Assembly (NCBI GenBank): GCA_963752255.1
Contig: CAVVXT010000005.1
Coordinates: 42,168-106,167 of the forward strand
Direction of reading: 5' to 3'
Source of the DNA: Nitrososphaeria archaeon
GTDB taxonomy: Archaea > Thermoproteota > Nitrososphaeria > JACIWG01
DNA length: 64,000 nucleotides
Shown: positions 1 to 11,029 of the stretch, piece by piece
Numbering within the stretch: position 1 is the first letter of the stretch
Layout of the letters: the number at the start of each line of letters is the position of its first letter
Position numbers and translations under genes: made by a program
Notes under the pieces: model-generated
What the model was told of the DNA's origin: nothing
The model's database searches: none
The model's input: the letters and a program-made list of their open reading frames with translations, nothing else

Positions 1-407
1 TCGATTTCAGAATTTTTTCCATCCCTCTTAACAACTGCTTTCAGAGATACACTTTTCCTGAGGTCGTCAACGATCTTTTCCGCTTTATTTTCATTGTAGA
101 AACCTAAAATAACGCTTATAACAATCATTGAAAGTATAACTATAGACTGATCGAACTCACCAAAGAAGCCCGCTATAACGGCAGCCGCGATCAGAATTGT
201 AAATATTGGATTCTTTAATTGCCTTAAGAACACTTGGATTCCACTAAAGGCTTGTCTTGGCAGTAGGTTTTGACCGTATGTTTTAAGCCGTTGCTGAGCT
301 TCCCGTTGTGATAAACCTTCCAAATTTGTCTCAAGAGCCTTGTAAACGTCTATCGGAGGAGGTGACCAGTAATCAGTGCGTTTAAGAATAGTTTGGTCTT
401 TCGACAT
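1..407 (-). CDS. P-type cation-transporting ATPase, N-terminal part (runs off window)
   Basis: Manual translation MSKDQ...EGLSQREAQQRLKTYGQN...FLRQLKNP...GFYNENKAEK...AVVKRDG matches the cation ATPase N-terminal domain. Confidence 0.85.
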   Translation of the reverse strand, partial: MSKDQTILKRTDYWSPPPIDVYKALETNLEGLSQREAQQRLKTYGQNLLPRQAFSGIQVFLRQLKNPIFTILIAAAVIAGFFGEFDQSIVILSMIVISVILGFYNENKAEKIVDDLRKSVSLKAVVKRDGKNSEI

Positions 408-492
408 TTTTATACCTCCAAAAAGCTGCTCTAAAGCCCTAAAAAATATGGAGATAAAGGTGTTTAGAAAACTTTAATTCGTGGAATTCAGC

Positions 493-1263
493 TTATTCAG
501 GCTCTTCGTGTATATCTATCCTTGAGACGTTTGGATATTCGTTTCTAACAGCTTTCTCGATTTCATTAGATATCTCATGAGCTTTTTCCAAACTGATCTC
601 TGGATCGAAATGGCAGTGTAGGACTAAATGTAAATTGCCACCTATTCTGCGGACTTCAATATCGTGCACTTTCTTGACTTCCGGAAAACGTTTTGCTACA
701 TGTTCAATATACAATTCCAGTTCCGCGTCGACCCCTATCATTTCCCTAGATATTCTATCCGATGCTGATTCGATGTGGACAGTAACATCTTCAAAACCTA
801 GGTTTAATGCTCTTATCCTTCTCTCAACCTCTTCTGATATGTCGTGAGCTTGTTTGATGGTAATGTTAGCGCTCACTTCAAGGTGAAAGTCTACGAGCAA
901 TTTTCCATTTATCTTTTGAATATGAATATTATGCACTCCTCTCGAACCGGGAACTCCTTCTGCTGTTTCTTTTATGACCATCCATATATTTTCGTGACCA
1001 ATTTTTAGCGGCTGTGTGTTGACCGTAACTCTTGAATTAGGAATAATATTTTTTACTTCTCTTTCAACATTTAATGCAATTCGATGAGCCTCGTCGAGCT
1101 CTAAATTGCTGTCAAGCCAAACATTTATCGAAATGTCATACCTTTTTCCTGTAATTCGAACTCTTGGTTGGTCACAGCCTCTAACCTCCTTTATTGACTC
1201 AACCCTTTTCTTAACTATTTTTGATATCTCTTCGCTAGAGCGTTCTATTAAAGGGAGTGGCAA
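493..1263 (-). CDS. Soluble protein with three tandem cation-efflux (CDF) dimerization domains
   Basis: Three repeats of the ...L-x-EAH-I...E...V-VH-E pattern; no transmembrane segments. Confidence 0.75.
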   Translation of the reverse strand: MPLPLIERSSEEISKIVKKRVESIKEVRGCDQPRVRITGKRYDISINVWLDSNLELDEAHRIALNVEREVKNIIPNSRVTVNTQPLKIGHENIWMVIKETAEGVPGSRGVHNIHIQKINGKLLVDFHLEVSANITIKQAHDISEEVERRIRALNLGFEDVTVHIESASDRISREMIGVDAELELYIEHVAKRFPEVKKVHDIEVRRIGGNLHLVLHCHFDPEISLEKAHEISNEIEKAVRNEYPNVSRIDIHEEPE

Positions 1264-1500
1264 TATTTATTCTCCGTATAATATATATCTTATAGTGTAT
1301 ATTTAATGATATTATAAAAAAGGTCTGTTATCCTATTGAAAAATATCTTCAACATGTTACTTAATTTATTGGAGTGGTCTTATCTAAAGAAAGCAATCTA
1401 ATGACACTCTTATATGATGTTACGTTAGTAACAGTTATGATAATAGTTGAAAAACTTATTTTATGGTTATAATCACAAATTTTAAACAGATAACCAAATT

Positions 1501-1701
1501 TTAGACTATCTTTGATCTAAGATTATGCTTATAAATTTCTGGACTATCTAGCCATGAAAATATAACATCAGCCTTGTATTCATCGTATACGTCGAATAAG
1601 CGTTTTTTTGTTTGGTCCAGTAGTTCTTGATTTTCTTGGCTTGGATTTTTTCGATAGATATTCAAAGCGACCCTGAATTCTCTCCTTGCTGCTTCAATCA
1701 T
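1501..1701 (-). CDS. Hypothetical protein (may extend upstream across a frameshift)
   Basis: ORF track; helical, protein-like composition. Confidence 0.35.
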   Translation of the reverse strand: MIEAARREFRVALNIYRKNPSQENQELLDQTKKRLFDVYDEYKADVIFSWLDSPEIYKHNLRSKIV

Positions 1702-1931
1702 TATTCTTTGCTTTTTCTAGCTTTGCAAGCCCGCTCAATGTTGGCGCATTATTAAACTGTGACCTTCCGTTCATATCCAATCAGGCCTTTTTTGCCACAT
1801 AAATGATATGTAGTAGAATATAATATACTTTTCGCTAATATTCAATATTTCTTTAAGCTCCGTTAAAATTTAGCTTGCTATTAACCTGAAGATTCTTTAT
1901 CGTGTACTTGATGTGACATCGTTTCCGCCTC

Positions 1932-2276
1932 TCATTTAGGCTGCCCCTTCTCTAGAAGCTCCCGAATACGTTTTAACTCAGCCAAAATTTGGAGATCAAC
2001 ATTTTCTGGAGCCAGTGAAGGTCTTCTCTGACGGTCTTCTCTGGGATATTCTCCTCGATGGCGGTCTTCCGTTCTTGGCGGTCTTCTCTTAGCCCAGCAC
2101 TCTTGGCAGTAGACAGGGCGATCTCCTGTTGGCCGGAATGGAACTTCACATTCCTTACCACAGTCAGCGCAAACACTTTTATGCATCTCTCTGGAACTGC
2201 GATCAAAACCTTGCCTACCTCTAGGACTGCGCGCGCGGTTAGAACTTCGTCTATCTCTAAAACCCATTTCGTTCAC
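1932..2276 (-). CDS. CxxC-x17-CxxC zinc-ribbon protein
   Basis: CADCGKECEVPFRPTGDRPVYCQEC with Arg-rich flanks. Confidence 0.85.
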   Translation of the reverse strand: MNEMGFRDRRSSNRARSPRGRQGFDRSSREMHKSVCADCGKECEVPFRPTGDRPVYCQECWAKRRPPRTEDRHRGEYPREDRQRRPSLAPENVDLQILAELKRIRELLEKGQPK

Positions 2277-2423
2277 TCCTTTTTTCTTAAGTATACCTAC
2301 AAAATAGCTTGCTTTAAGTCTTTGTTGGAGGCGATGAATTGTTTTTCCTTGAGCATATGACTTGGGCTTATATTTGGAATATTCCTTTTGAAGGAGACAT
2401 CAATTTTATCAAAATCAAGTTTT

Positions 2424-2993
2424 TCAAGGAAGGTTAATTGTTTCTTTGAATGTATCACGTATTTTTTCTACTGTCTTAATGAGGCTGTCTCCCCTTTTTC
2501 TGTCGAACAAGATAAAGAGTATATTCAGATAATTGCAGTCATCACTGTACTCTTGCCGGTCGTCCACTAAAACGAAATTGTTCTTATCTGATTCTTTGTC
2601 GATTATATACTTTAACTGGCGTCTTTTAGCCCCGAAGTTATCTCTTGGGAGAACTTCTCTTAAATAAGGTCTTAAATTATATTTATCTATGAAGATATTT
2701 AGAGCTTTCTCAGACTGCATTGAGGCTATGTAAACTGGGCCTTTAAAAGATTTGATCGCGGGTTTAACGTCATCGAATAATTGGGCTTTATGGATCACTT
2801 TTAATTCTTGTTCCTCTATTATTTTGCTGTACAGATCGAACATTACTGTTCCGTAACAGTCTTCCAAAAAGGTGATTATATCCTCAATATCATGTCCTGC
2901 GATCTCAGAAGTCCTTTTATATACAATCCTCCAGTCAATGTCTAAATCTGTTATTACGCCGTCCAGGTCCAATATTAAAATCGTCTTCTTCAT
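2424..2993 (-). CDS. HAD-family hydrolase
   Basis: DLDGVI motif I, LVDD motif IV. Confidence 0.8.
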   Translation of the reverse strand: MKKTILILDLDGVITDLDIDWRIVYKRTSEIAGHDIEDIITFLEDCYGTVMFDLYSKIIEEQELKVIHKAQLFDDVKPAIKSFKGPVYIASMQSEKALNIFIDKYNLRPYLREVLPRDNFGAKRRQLKYIIDKESDKNNFVLVDDRQEYSDDCNYLNILFILFDRKRGDSLIKTVEKIRDTFKETINLP

Positions 2994-3226
2994 TCGGAAG
3001 CTCTCCTAGTTCAAGTTTGTACAACCCCACTACCTTATGAAAGAGTCATAAATGTTTTGCTACAAAAAACAAAACGATTGCACCGAATTCTTCGAGTATG
3101 CATAGATGTGACTTGACAAATGCTCGTTTCAAGATAACAAAACAATGTCGTGTACACTGTTACAAGCCTGACATGAAAGAAAAAGTGAAGATGGATTGTG
3201 TCGGCTTTTCTTAATCATCTTCACTG

Positions 3227-3673
3227 CTATTGTCCTTTTACTAAACTCCTCAAGATATCTAGTCTTTTCTTAGCCTTTTTATTTGAGTTTAAAAGTATCT
3301 GGTTTGCTTCTCCTGATATATGCGCAATCTTCCCTGTAACATCAGCATATAATTGGGATATCTGTTCTTCTATAATTGTCGCCTTATCAATTGCTGTGAT
3401 TTGTCTGTTTAAAATCGTGTCATCTATTCCTTTTAAACACTTTTCAATTTCCACTCCCGATATCGGTTCAAGTGTGAACTCCACTATTGTTTCCCGTTTT
3501 GTCGTCTCAATCTTTTTCGCAATGTCTTGATGCTCCTTTGAAAAAATTTGAAAATAGTTCGATAGCTCCCCATCCGCTCCTATTCTCGAGCTAGTGTAAA
3601 AATTCCCAGCCCTTACTTCAATATCTATGAGCCTACTCAATAAAGAGCTCATAGTGTACCTTTCTTCATCCAT
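3227..3673 (-). CDS. Ferritin/rubrerythrin-like helical protein
   Basis: IEVRAGNFY and IEEQISQLY helical repeats; abuts mmsA. Confidence 0.5.
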   Translation of the reverse strand: MDEERYTMSSLLSRLIDIEVRAGNFYTSSRIGADGELSNYFQIFSKEHQDIAKKIETTKRETIVEFTLEPISGVEIEKCLKGIDDTILNRQITAIDKATIIEEQISQLYADVTGKIAHISGEANQILLNSNKKAKKRLDILRSLVKGQ

Positions 3674-3674
3674 C

Positions 3675-5153
3675 CTACCATCTTTCGATGACTACCTTCT
3701 TATCAGTGAAGAAATCTACACAATCAATCTGTCCGTGTAATGTTCCAAAGAAGGAGTCTCTTCTTCCACCAAAGGGAAAGAACGCCATTGCCGCAGCTAT
3801 ACCTATGTTTATTCCGATGTTTCCTGCGTTTGCCTGTCTCCTGAACTCCCTTGCGTTCTTACCATTCTTCGTGAAGAGACATGCTGCGTTACCGTAGTTT
3901 GTCTTACGGTTTATCATGTCGAGCGCCTCACGTAGATTTTGGGCTCTGATTATTGATGCTACTGGACCAAATATTTCTTCTCTTGCAATCGTCATATCAG
4001 GTGTCACATCATCGAACACGCTGCCCCCTAGAAAGTATCCATTAGGGTAATCCGGAACTCTTGGATTTCTCCCATCAAGTGTCAGTTTAGCACCTTCGTC
4101 GACACCTTTTTGTATGTAACCCACTATTCGTTCCTTAGACTTTTTAGTGACTACAGGACCCATCTCGATGGATTCGTCAAGTCCGTATCCAAGCCTCATC
4201 TTCGCAATCGCCTGTACAAAACGATCCCGAAGTTTTTCGTGCATGCCTCCTATCAGAACTAGGTTCGATCCAGATCGACACCTTTGACCCGTATTGCCAA
4301 AGAATGATGGCATTAGAGCTTGGATTGTCCTATCTATATCAGTATCCTCATCGACCACAACATAGTTCTTCGCACCCGCTTGACATATGGCCCTTTTACC
4401 ATATTCCCCTGCAAGCTTGTAGACCTGTTTTGCGACAGGTGTTGAGCCAACAAAGCAGACTCCTTTAGTATGCGGACTCGTTACGATGGCTTCGCTTACA
4501 TCTTTCCCTCCATGAACGATGTTCACAACACCCTCAGGGAACCCTACTTCATCAAAGGCATTCAGAGCCCATTGCATAGGTAACGGAGTAATTTCACTTG
4601 GCTTTACAACCAATGTGCAACCAACTGTTAACGCTATAGGAATAAACCAGAAGGGAGCAAGAGAAGGAAAGTTGAATGGACCTAAGATGCCAAACACACC
4701 TAACGGTTCCTTAACAAGTGTCTCGTCAATTCCTGTGGCGACCTGATCCAGATGCTCACCCTTAGCAAGTGTATAAGAAATCGAACAAGCGGTTTCAATA
4801 TTCTCCGTGAGCCTTCTGGTTTCTCCCCTTGCCTCATCGATTATCTTTCCATGATTCTGAGTTGTTATCCTTGCAATATCTTCTATTCGCTCATCTATCC
4901 TCTGCTTTAGCTTATAGATGTAACCTACTCTTGTAGTAATGGGTAATTCTCTCCACTTTTCAAACGCGTCCTCTGCGATCTTGATTGCATCATCAACCTC
5001 TTCTTTTTTGGAGAAGGGTACTTCAGCAATCGCTGTGTCAAATGCTGGATTCATAACCTTTTGATACTGCGACGTTTTAGATTCTATATATTCACCGTTT
5101 ACATAAAGAGGCAGTTTTCCATATTCATTTTTAATTTCCTGTAATATGGCCAT
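3675..5153 (-). CDS. mmsA: CoA-acylating methylmalonate-semialdehyde dehydrogenase
   Basis: PFNFP, KPSE, FVGSTPVA, GAKN, GQRC and EEIFGPV aldehyde dehydrogenase motifs. Confidence 0.85.
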   Translation of the reverse strand: MAILQEIKNEYGKLPLYVNGEYIESKTSQYQKVMNPAFDTAIAEVPFSKKEEVDDAIKIAEDAFEKWRELPITTRVGYIYKLKQRIDERIEDIARITTQNHGKIIDEARGETRRLTENIETACSISYTLAKGEHLDQVATGIDETLVKEPLGVFGILGPFNFPSLAPFWFIPIALTVGCTLVVKPSEITPLPMQWALNAFDEVGFPEGVVNIVHGGKDVSEAIVTSPHTKGVCFVGSTPVAKQVYKLAGEYGKRAICQAGAKNYVVVDEDTDIDRTIQALMPSFFGNTGQRCRSGSNLVLIGGMHEKLRDRFVQAIAKMRLGYGLDESIEMGPVVTKKSKERIVGYIQKGVDEGAKLTLDGRNPRVPDYPNGYFLGGSVFDDVTPDMTIAREEIFGPVASIIRAQNLREALDMINRKTNYGNAACLFTKNGKNAREFRRQANAGNIGINIGIAAAMAFFPFGGRRDSFFGTLHGQIDCVDFFTDKKVVIERW

Positions 5154-5241
5154 TTTTTATCCTACTTTCAGCTCGACACTCTAAAGTTAAAAACATACCT
5201 ATCCGGGAATAAAAAAAGGGTAATCTACAATATCAGATAGA

Positions 5242-6380
5242 CTATAGTGTTTCGCCGACTATTTCTAAGAGATCTTTTTCATCGAGTTCCACAATGTTGT
5301 TCTCTAGATTTCTTTTAAACGAAAGCCCTTCTTGTACGATGGCATTTTTCTCTTCCTCCTTGATTCCGAGGTCACCCAGCTTCTTAGCGATGCCGATTTG
5401 ATCCAACGTCCCACGTATTTTCTTGACGAAATATTCTGCATCCTTTTGTTGGAAGCCACTAAGAAGGGATAATTCTTCTAATCTTTTCCGGATATCTTCA
5501 ATTTCATAAGATAAGATATTTGGAAGAAACATGATAGTCGCAACCCCATGAGGAATATGGTATTTTGAAGATAGGTAGTATCCTAGAGCGTGGGCCACCG
5601 TTGTTCCAGTAGTGTTTATTGCAGCACCTCCTAGACATGCAGCGTAAAGCATATGTTCCTTGGCATCTTCTTCACCACCGTAGGCTTTGACGATGTTTTC
5701 GAAGGCGACCTTTGAAGCTTCTGCAGAATAGAGGTCGGAGATGGGTGAATGTTTTTTGCCTAAAAAGGATTCGACCGCGTGACAAAGGGCATCCGATCCT
5801 GTTGAAGCAATCAAACTCGGAGGCAAAGGTTTTAATGTGTCCGCGTCCAATAGCGCAAACCTTGGGATAAGTGGATCACCAGTATTGTCTTCTTCTTTTT
5901 AGAACTGTCTTCTGTTATAATTGCATATTTTGTTACTTCACTGCCTGTACCGCACGTTGTAGGAACAGCTATTACTGGATACAGTTCTTTTTCAACAACG
6001 TTTGGATAATAGTAATCTCTTATATTTCCTCCAAGCTTCGCTGCAAGGGAAACAGCTTTAGCTGAATCGATGACGCTCCCACCTCCGAAAGCTAAGATTT
6101 GATCACATCCGCTATCCAGAAAGATATCTAATATCTTCTTCAGACCTTTTTCTGTTGGGCTTACTTCAACTTCATCGTACATGTATAACGGAATTTCTTT
6201 TTCACTTATCTTCTCTAATATATATTCCGTAAAGCCATATTTTGTGGCAAAATCACTCATAGTAATCAAGAAGACCTTTTTCCCATACTGAGAGACTACT
6301 TCACCTATTTTTGATAGACCTCCTCTTCCGAAGATGATCTTCGTTGGTAAATGATACTGAAAGCTTTCCAAGAATATCAC
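5242..6380 (-). CDS. Iron-containing alcohol dehydrogenase, split by one frameshift near 5880
   Basis: GGGSVID, PTTCGTGSE, DALCHAVES, AHALG...HG motifs across two overlapping ORFs. Confidence 0.85.
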
Positions 6381-6467
6381 ACAGTCAAGTCTTTAAATTA
6401 TTTAGTTAAAAATGTTATTAAGACCAACTAGAAGATCAGCTTCTGCTTGACATTAACATATGTTTAA

Positions 6468-7157
6468 TTATATCTTAAATAATAGACCTGAATACTTATC
6501 CATTCTTATTTTTTCCCCTTCTGGTTGTACCATCCAAGTCATCCAGCAAAGTTCTATGGGCCTATATCCTGTCTTTGAGGCGATTTCCTCCATCTTTTTT
6601 ACAAATTGGATATTGTCTTCAACAGGTTTTTCCCCGGCTTTTCGCAGGATACCGTTTATTACCCTCTTTACTATCTTGTCAGGCATGACGGTGTCAACTC
6701 CACCCATCATTCTCAGATATTGGAAGGTGACTATTCCAACGCCCTGTATTGCACCAATAGGATCTTTGTCCCATGTTTCTAGGCTAGCTTGTCCTGCCCA
6801 TTTCCTAAGATTGGATCTATCTTCATCACCTAGAAGTGATAGATAGGATGAAATACCGTTTGCGATCGCCCAAGACCTCCTGTTACTCCATACAGTTCTT
6901 AATTCTTCTAAATCTGCTTTAACAAGATCCCTAAGGCTAATTATTCTCCCGTTCTCAACGAACCTGTTATCGAACTCTTTAACCTTAGGAACTACTGCAG
7001 TAAAATAATTCAAGCCTATTGACGTGAACGCTGCGTCGACGACCATCAGAATTACGTGACCACCCCATCTTTCAGTCCTAAGACATCTATCGCAATATCC
7101 TTCTATCCCAGAAACCTTATCCATGTGACTATCAATCAACTTTTTTAATAGGTCCAT
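6468..7157 (-). CDS. Conserved hypothetical protein with helix-hairpin-helix-like motif
   Basis: IQGVGIVTFQYLRMMGGVDTVMPD resembles the HhH-GPD signature. Confidence 0.55.
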   Translation of the reverse strand: MDLLKKLIDSHMDKVSGIEGYCDRCLRTERWGGHVILMVVDAAFTSIGLNYFTAVVPKVKEFDNRFVENGRIISLRDLVKADLEELRTVWSNRRSWAIANGISSYLSLLGDEDRSNLRKWAGQASLETWDKDPIGAIQGVGIVTFQYLRMMGGVDTVMPDKIVKRVINGILRKAGEKPVEDNIQFVKKMEEIASKTGYRPIELCWMTWMVQPEGEKIRMDKYSGLLFKI

Positions 7158-7290
7158 TTGGAGTACGCCGATTGTCTATTTACAAGATAAAATGCAACCT
7201 TGTATATATTATTGTTTCGTTCCTGTAGTCCGATTTTGCAAAAAACGCTTATCTACGTCTAAGGTTATTTATTGCAACGTGAATTTATAG

Positions 7291-7428
7291 GGAAAGATAC
7301 TGGAAAGCTTCAAAGAGAGAACTAGAGAATCTTATGAGAAATTCTCGGAGGCGAAGAAGTATCTTCCGGGGGGAGATACACGCGACTCAATCTTCTACAC
7401 TTCATGCCCTGTATTTATGTCAAGATAG
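7291..7428 (+). pseudogene. N-terminal remnant of a class III (GSA-like) aminotransferase
   Basis: Manual translation KERTRESYEKFSEAKKYLPGGDTRDSIFY...stop; rest of gene absent. Confidence 0.65.
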
Positions 7429-7477
7429 ATGTAATTACATTTTTTTAAATATCCTCTTTGACTTAATGTTTATCTAA

Positions 7478-8296
7478 TTGGCCCTAAAATTTATCTTTAT
7501 GCCCCATTCCATGGATGTTGAATTCATTTGCAAGGGTGGTTTTGGTAGTGAAGCAGACATAGATGTTGAACTGAGAAGGTTTTTTCCAGGTATAGGAGGC
7601 GGCATCCGCACTTATCAGGCTTTACTTGTGGCCTTCAGAAAGGAGTTTAGCAGAACATTTAATGTCGGCCATAGGCTGTTCCTTAGGCACACTATAATAA
7701 AGAAGCTTGAAGACTACTTTTTTAAAAAAGGTTTTTACCAGTACGCTCATATAACAAGACCATTAGGTTCAAGCCAAGAAGGGTACATTTATGAATGGGC
7801 CTTTGGGAGCGATGTTTTCCCATGGTACGTAGTCAACGAATCCTACGAAAATGTTTCCGTGGAATTGGAGGATTGGGGAAATTTCATTGTCGCCTTCAAT
7901 GAGGCAGGTATCAATTTGCAGAAGGATTGCACGAATCCGGATGATGGACGTGTTTCCCAGAACATCATACACCAATTTCCCTACGGGGTGGATTCCCACA
8001 GATCCAAATTAAACCGTTTGTGGAAGAGAATAGATTTTGGCGATAAGAGCATTAACTTCGATTACAGCAGACTAGTTGAGTATTTAGAAAAAAATGAAGT
8101 TGACATGAAGGAGAATCTTAGAGTAGGAAGATACGATATGATCGTGCTATCGTGCAAGTACTTGATGAATGGCGAACATATGGACCCCGAAGATTTGGGC
8201 GAACTCAATATTTTAGTGAGAGATTATAGACTTTCCACATTAGCCCATCTGAACACGAGGGGAGTCGAAAGTTCACAGGATGTAAGGTTGCTCTAA
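7478..8296 (+). CDS. Hypothetical protein, possible atypical kinase-like fold
   Basis: Long ORF with D...QNII and RIDFG motifs. Confidence 0.5.
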   Translation: MALKFIFMPHSMDVEFICKGGFGSEADIDVELRRFFPGIGGGIRTYQALLVAFRKEFSRTFNVGHRLFLRHTIIKKLEDYFFKKGFYQYAHITRPLGSSQEGYIYEWAFGSDVFPWYVVNESYENVSVELEDWGNFIVAFNEAGINLQKDCTNPDDGRVSQNIIHQFPYGVDSHRSKLNRLWKRIDFGDKSINFDYSRLVEYLEKNEVDMKENLRVGRYDMIVLSCKYLMNGEHMDPEDLGELNILVRDYRLSTLAHLNTRGVESSQDVRLL

Positions 8297-8494
8297 TTCT
8301 TTTTAAGGAAAAATAAGGAATAATCATAGTTCTCGGTTAAGCTGAATCGATTTCATTTAAAACTTGTTTTATCCTTTTCAATAGTTCTTTTTTAATTTGT
8401 TAACCCCATAAATCATTTCAATAGGAATTTGTTCAACCTTTAATATTGTTAAAACTATTAAGGTTTTCGCTTTAATAACTTCTAATATAATAAT

Positions 8495-9307
8495 TCAGGT
8501 TCTATTTGACTCGAGAAACTGTAATATTGCTTCTTCTAATTCTTTAGGCTTCTCTAAAGCGTAGCCATGTCCACATTCTTTGATAATAGTCAACTTCGAA
8601 CCCTTGATTTCTCCAGCAAGTGTCTTAGAGAATCTTGGAGGTGTCAAAATATCTTCATCCCCCACAATTATATGTGTTGGAATTTTGATCTGGTTCAGTC
8701 TTGACGATGTATTATGGTGTATGCATGCATCTGCTTGTCTTAAGAACGCGAAAGTTGGCTGAGGATGCGGGTTTTCGGCTATAAGTTTTAGAACTTCTTC
8801 CATTGCACCCTTTTTCTCATAGAATCTGAATGTTAAACACCATCTTAGTATGTGCCTCATGAATTGTGTTCTATTATTCTTGAGCTCTTTGCATTCTATA
8901 ATAAATTTTAATCCTTCAATTATATCTTGCATTAGTGCATCTGTTTTTGGCCAAGTAGCTAGTAAAGTTATAGTTTTAAGAAGCTTAGGATAACCTATAG
9001 CTAATTCTTGTGTAATGGCACCACCCATGGAATGGCCTATAACATGTACGTGGTCTAAACCCAATTCTTCAATTAAGGCGGCTGTGTCATCAGCCATCAT
9101 CTTAATACTGTATGGGAAATCAGGTTTATTAGACTGTCCAACACCCCTATTGTCAAATACTATACAGCGAAAATTTTTACTCAAATCTTTAGCAAAAGGC
9201 AGCCAACTTTGATAATCATCACCAAGTCCACTGACCCATATAACTGGCTCACCTGAACCCATAACTTCATAATACATTTGGATTCCATTTGCTATAATTT
9301 TTGGCAA
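8495..9307 (-). CDS. Alpha/beta hydrolase
   Basis: DNRGVG, GHSMG nucleophile elbow, GDED, CGH. Confidence 0.9.
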   Translation of the reverse strand: MPKIIANGIQMYYEVMGSGEPVIWVSGLGDDYQSWLPFAKDLSKNFRCIVFDNRGVGQSNKPDFPYSIKMMADDTAALIEELGLDHVHVIGHSMGGAITQELAIGYPKLLKTITLLATWPKTDALMQDIIEGLKFIIECKELKNNRTQFMRHILRWCLTFRFYEKKGAMEEVLKLIAENPHPQPTFAFLRQADACIHHNTSSRLNQIKIPTHIIVGDEDILTPPRFSKTLAGEIKGSKLTIIKECGHGYALEKPKELEEAILQFLESNRT

Positions 9308-9651
9308 GCTTTTTCACAACGCCTATCGTTAAGTAGAATTTATATTTTATAAATAGATATTTCCACACTTTAAAAGACTTATGTAACTATAAGATTTCTT
9401 GAAATGATCAATAACACCCAAAAGCAATTCGAATCAGACTTTGGAACAAATTTGAATCCTGAATTGGGAGCAAGTCCCTAATATATATGTAAAAAAATAT
9501 GGAAACTACAAATAAAAGTTCTGAACAGATATGCTGTGTAATCATGAGTATTAGTTCTTATTTCAGTCGTAATAAAAGATTCCTAAACACTTAACTTACT
9601 TGGGTTTTACTTAGGAAGATTAAAATAAAAGGTGAGGAAATCGGTTAGTAA

Positions 9652-10400
9652 ATGCCTAAGGTTACTCTTAAGAATGTATCAAAAAGATTTGGTAAAGTGC
9701 TAGCAGTCGATAAATTGAGCTTGGATGTTGAAGACGGTGAATTGTTTGCAATTGTCGGCCCCAACGGTTGTGGAAAGACCACAGTTCTTAGGATTATCGC
9801 AGGTCTAATTGAGCCTGATGAAGGTGATATCTATATAGATGATACTAGGGTAAATAACCTTTCCCCTGTTGAAAGGGGTGTTAGGATGGTCTTCCAAGAT
9901 TATGCTCTATACCCCCACATGAAGGTGTATAATGAGGACAAAAATTCAAACCTATCATTTGCGTTAAGGATTAGGAAATATCTTCCTGAAAATATTAAGA
10001 AAAGTGTTGAACAAGTAAGTGCCAAAATAGGGATCAACAAGGAACTTTATTCTAGACGACCGAAGGAACTGTCTGCCGGTCAGCAACAAAGGTGGCCATC
10101 GGAAGAGCCATTACCTTACCGCCTAAAGTTTTTTTACTTGATGAACCACTAGCTCATTTAGACCCGCCAGCTCGACTTAAAATCAGAGACGAAATAAAAT
10201 CCCTCCATAAGGAAATGAAGGTTACAACGATCTACGTTACAAATGATCTTCCTGAAGCTTTTGCAGTAGCAGAAAGGCTTGCCGTACTGAGGGAGGGAAA
10301 GGTCATTCAAGTGGGTAGACCCCGTGAAGTTTACGAGCATCCCGCTGACGATTTTGTTTCAGACTTCCTTAAAGCTTACGAAATATTTCGCAGAGTATAG
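9652..10400 (+). CDS. ABC transporter ATP-binding protein (MalK-like), frameshifted near 10092
   Basis: GPNGCGKT, LSAGQQQR, then LLDEP in the second ORF. Confidence 0.85.
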
Positions 10401-10445
10401 TATACTTTAAGCCCACTGGAAAACAATACACATAAATAACGTAAT

Positions 10446-10841
10446 GTGACATTTGATTACATGGATCAAAATTCAATTGAAGTCGTTATTGAACCATACC
10501 ATAAGATAATTGTACACGAATTAGTAGAATATAGGCTCAGCGACTGGGTTAACATCATCATTACTGGAATAAAGTCACTTGGCGGAAGTATGCCAACCCT
10601 CTTCTGGTGTAACGGAGTTGTGTTCCAGTCAGCGCAGTTCAATACAAACAGCGAGACGGTGATAAAGCAGCAATTGAATGGCATCATTCATTATAGTTCG
10701 GTGACATTTGCGCTTAAAGAAAAGTTCCAGAACGAAATTAGGACGGATAAGGGAACGATACTTCTTGTAGATGTAAGTGCCAATATAAATTTGGTTAAAC
10801 TCGCTGAAGTCTTGAAAGGTTATTCCAAGATTAAAGAGTAA
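10446..10841 (+). CDS. Conserved archaeal hypothetical protein
   Basis: ORF with EPYHKIIVHE and LFWCNGVVF; no function recognised. Confidence 0.55.
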   Translation: MTFDYMDQNSIEVVIEPYHKIIVHELVEYRLSDWVNIIITGIKSLGGSMPTLFWCNGVVFQSAQFNTNSETVIKQQLNGIIHYSSVTFALKEKFQNEIRTDKGTILLVDVSANINLVKLAEVLKGYSKIKE

Positions 10842-11029
10842 AAAACTTGAGTTTGTATCTACCTTCTTATAGGTAACTTGATTGTGAATGTTGTTCCCCT
10901 GTTCTCTTGACTTTCTACCAATATTGTCCAATTTTGAGATTCGATAAGCCTTTTAGATACTTTTAATCCTAATCCTTGACCCTTGGATTTAGTTGTGAAA
11001 AGTGGTTCAAAAATCTTCATCTACTCTAA

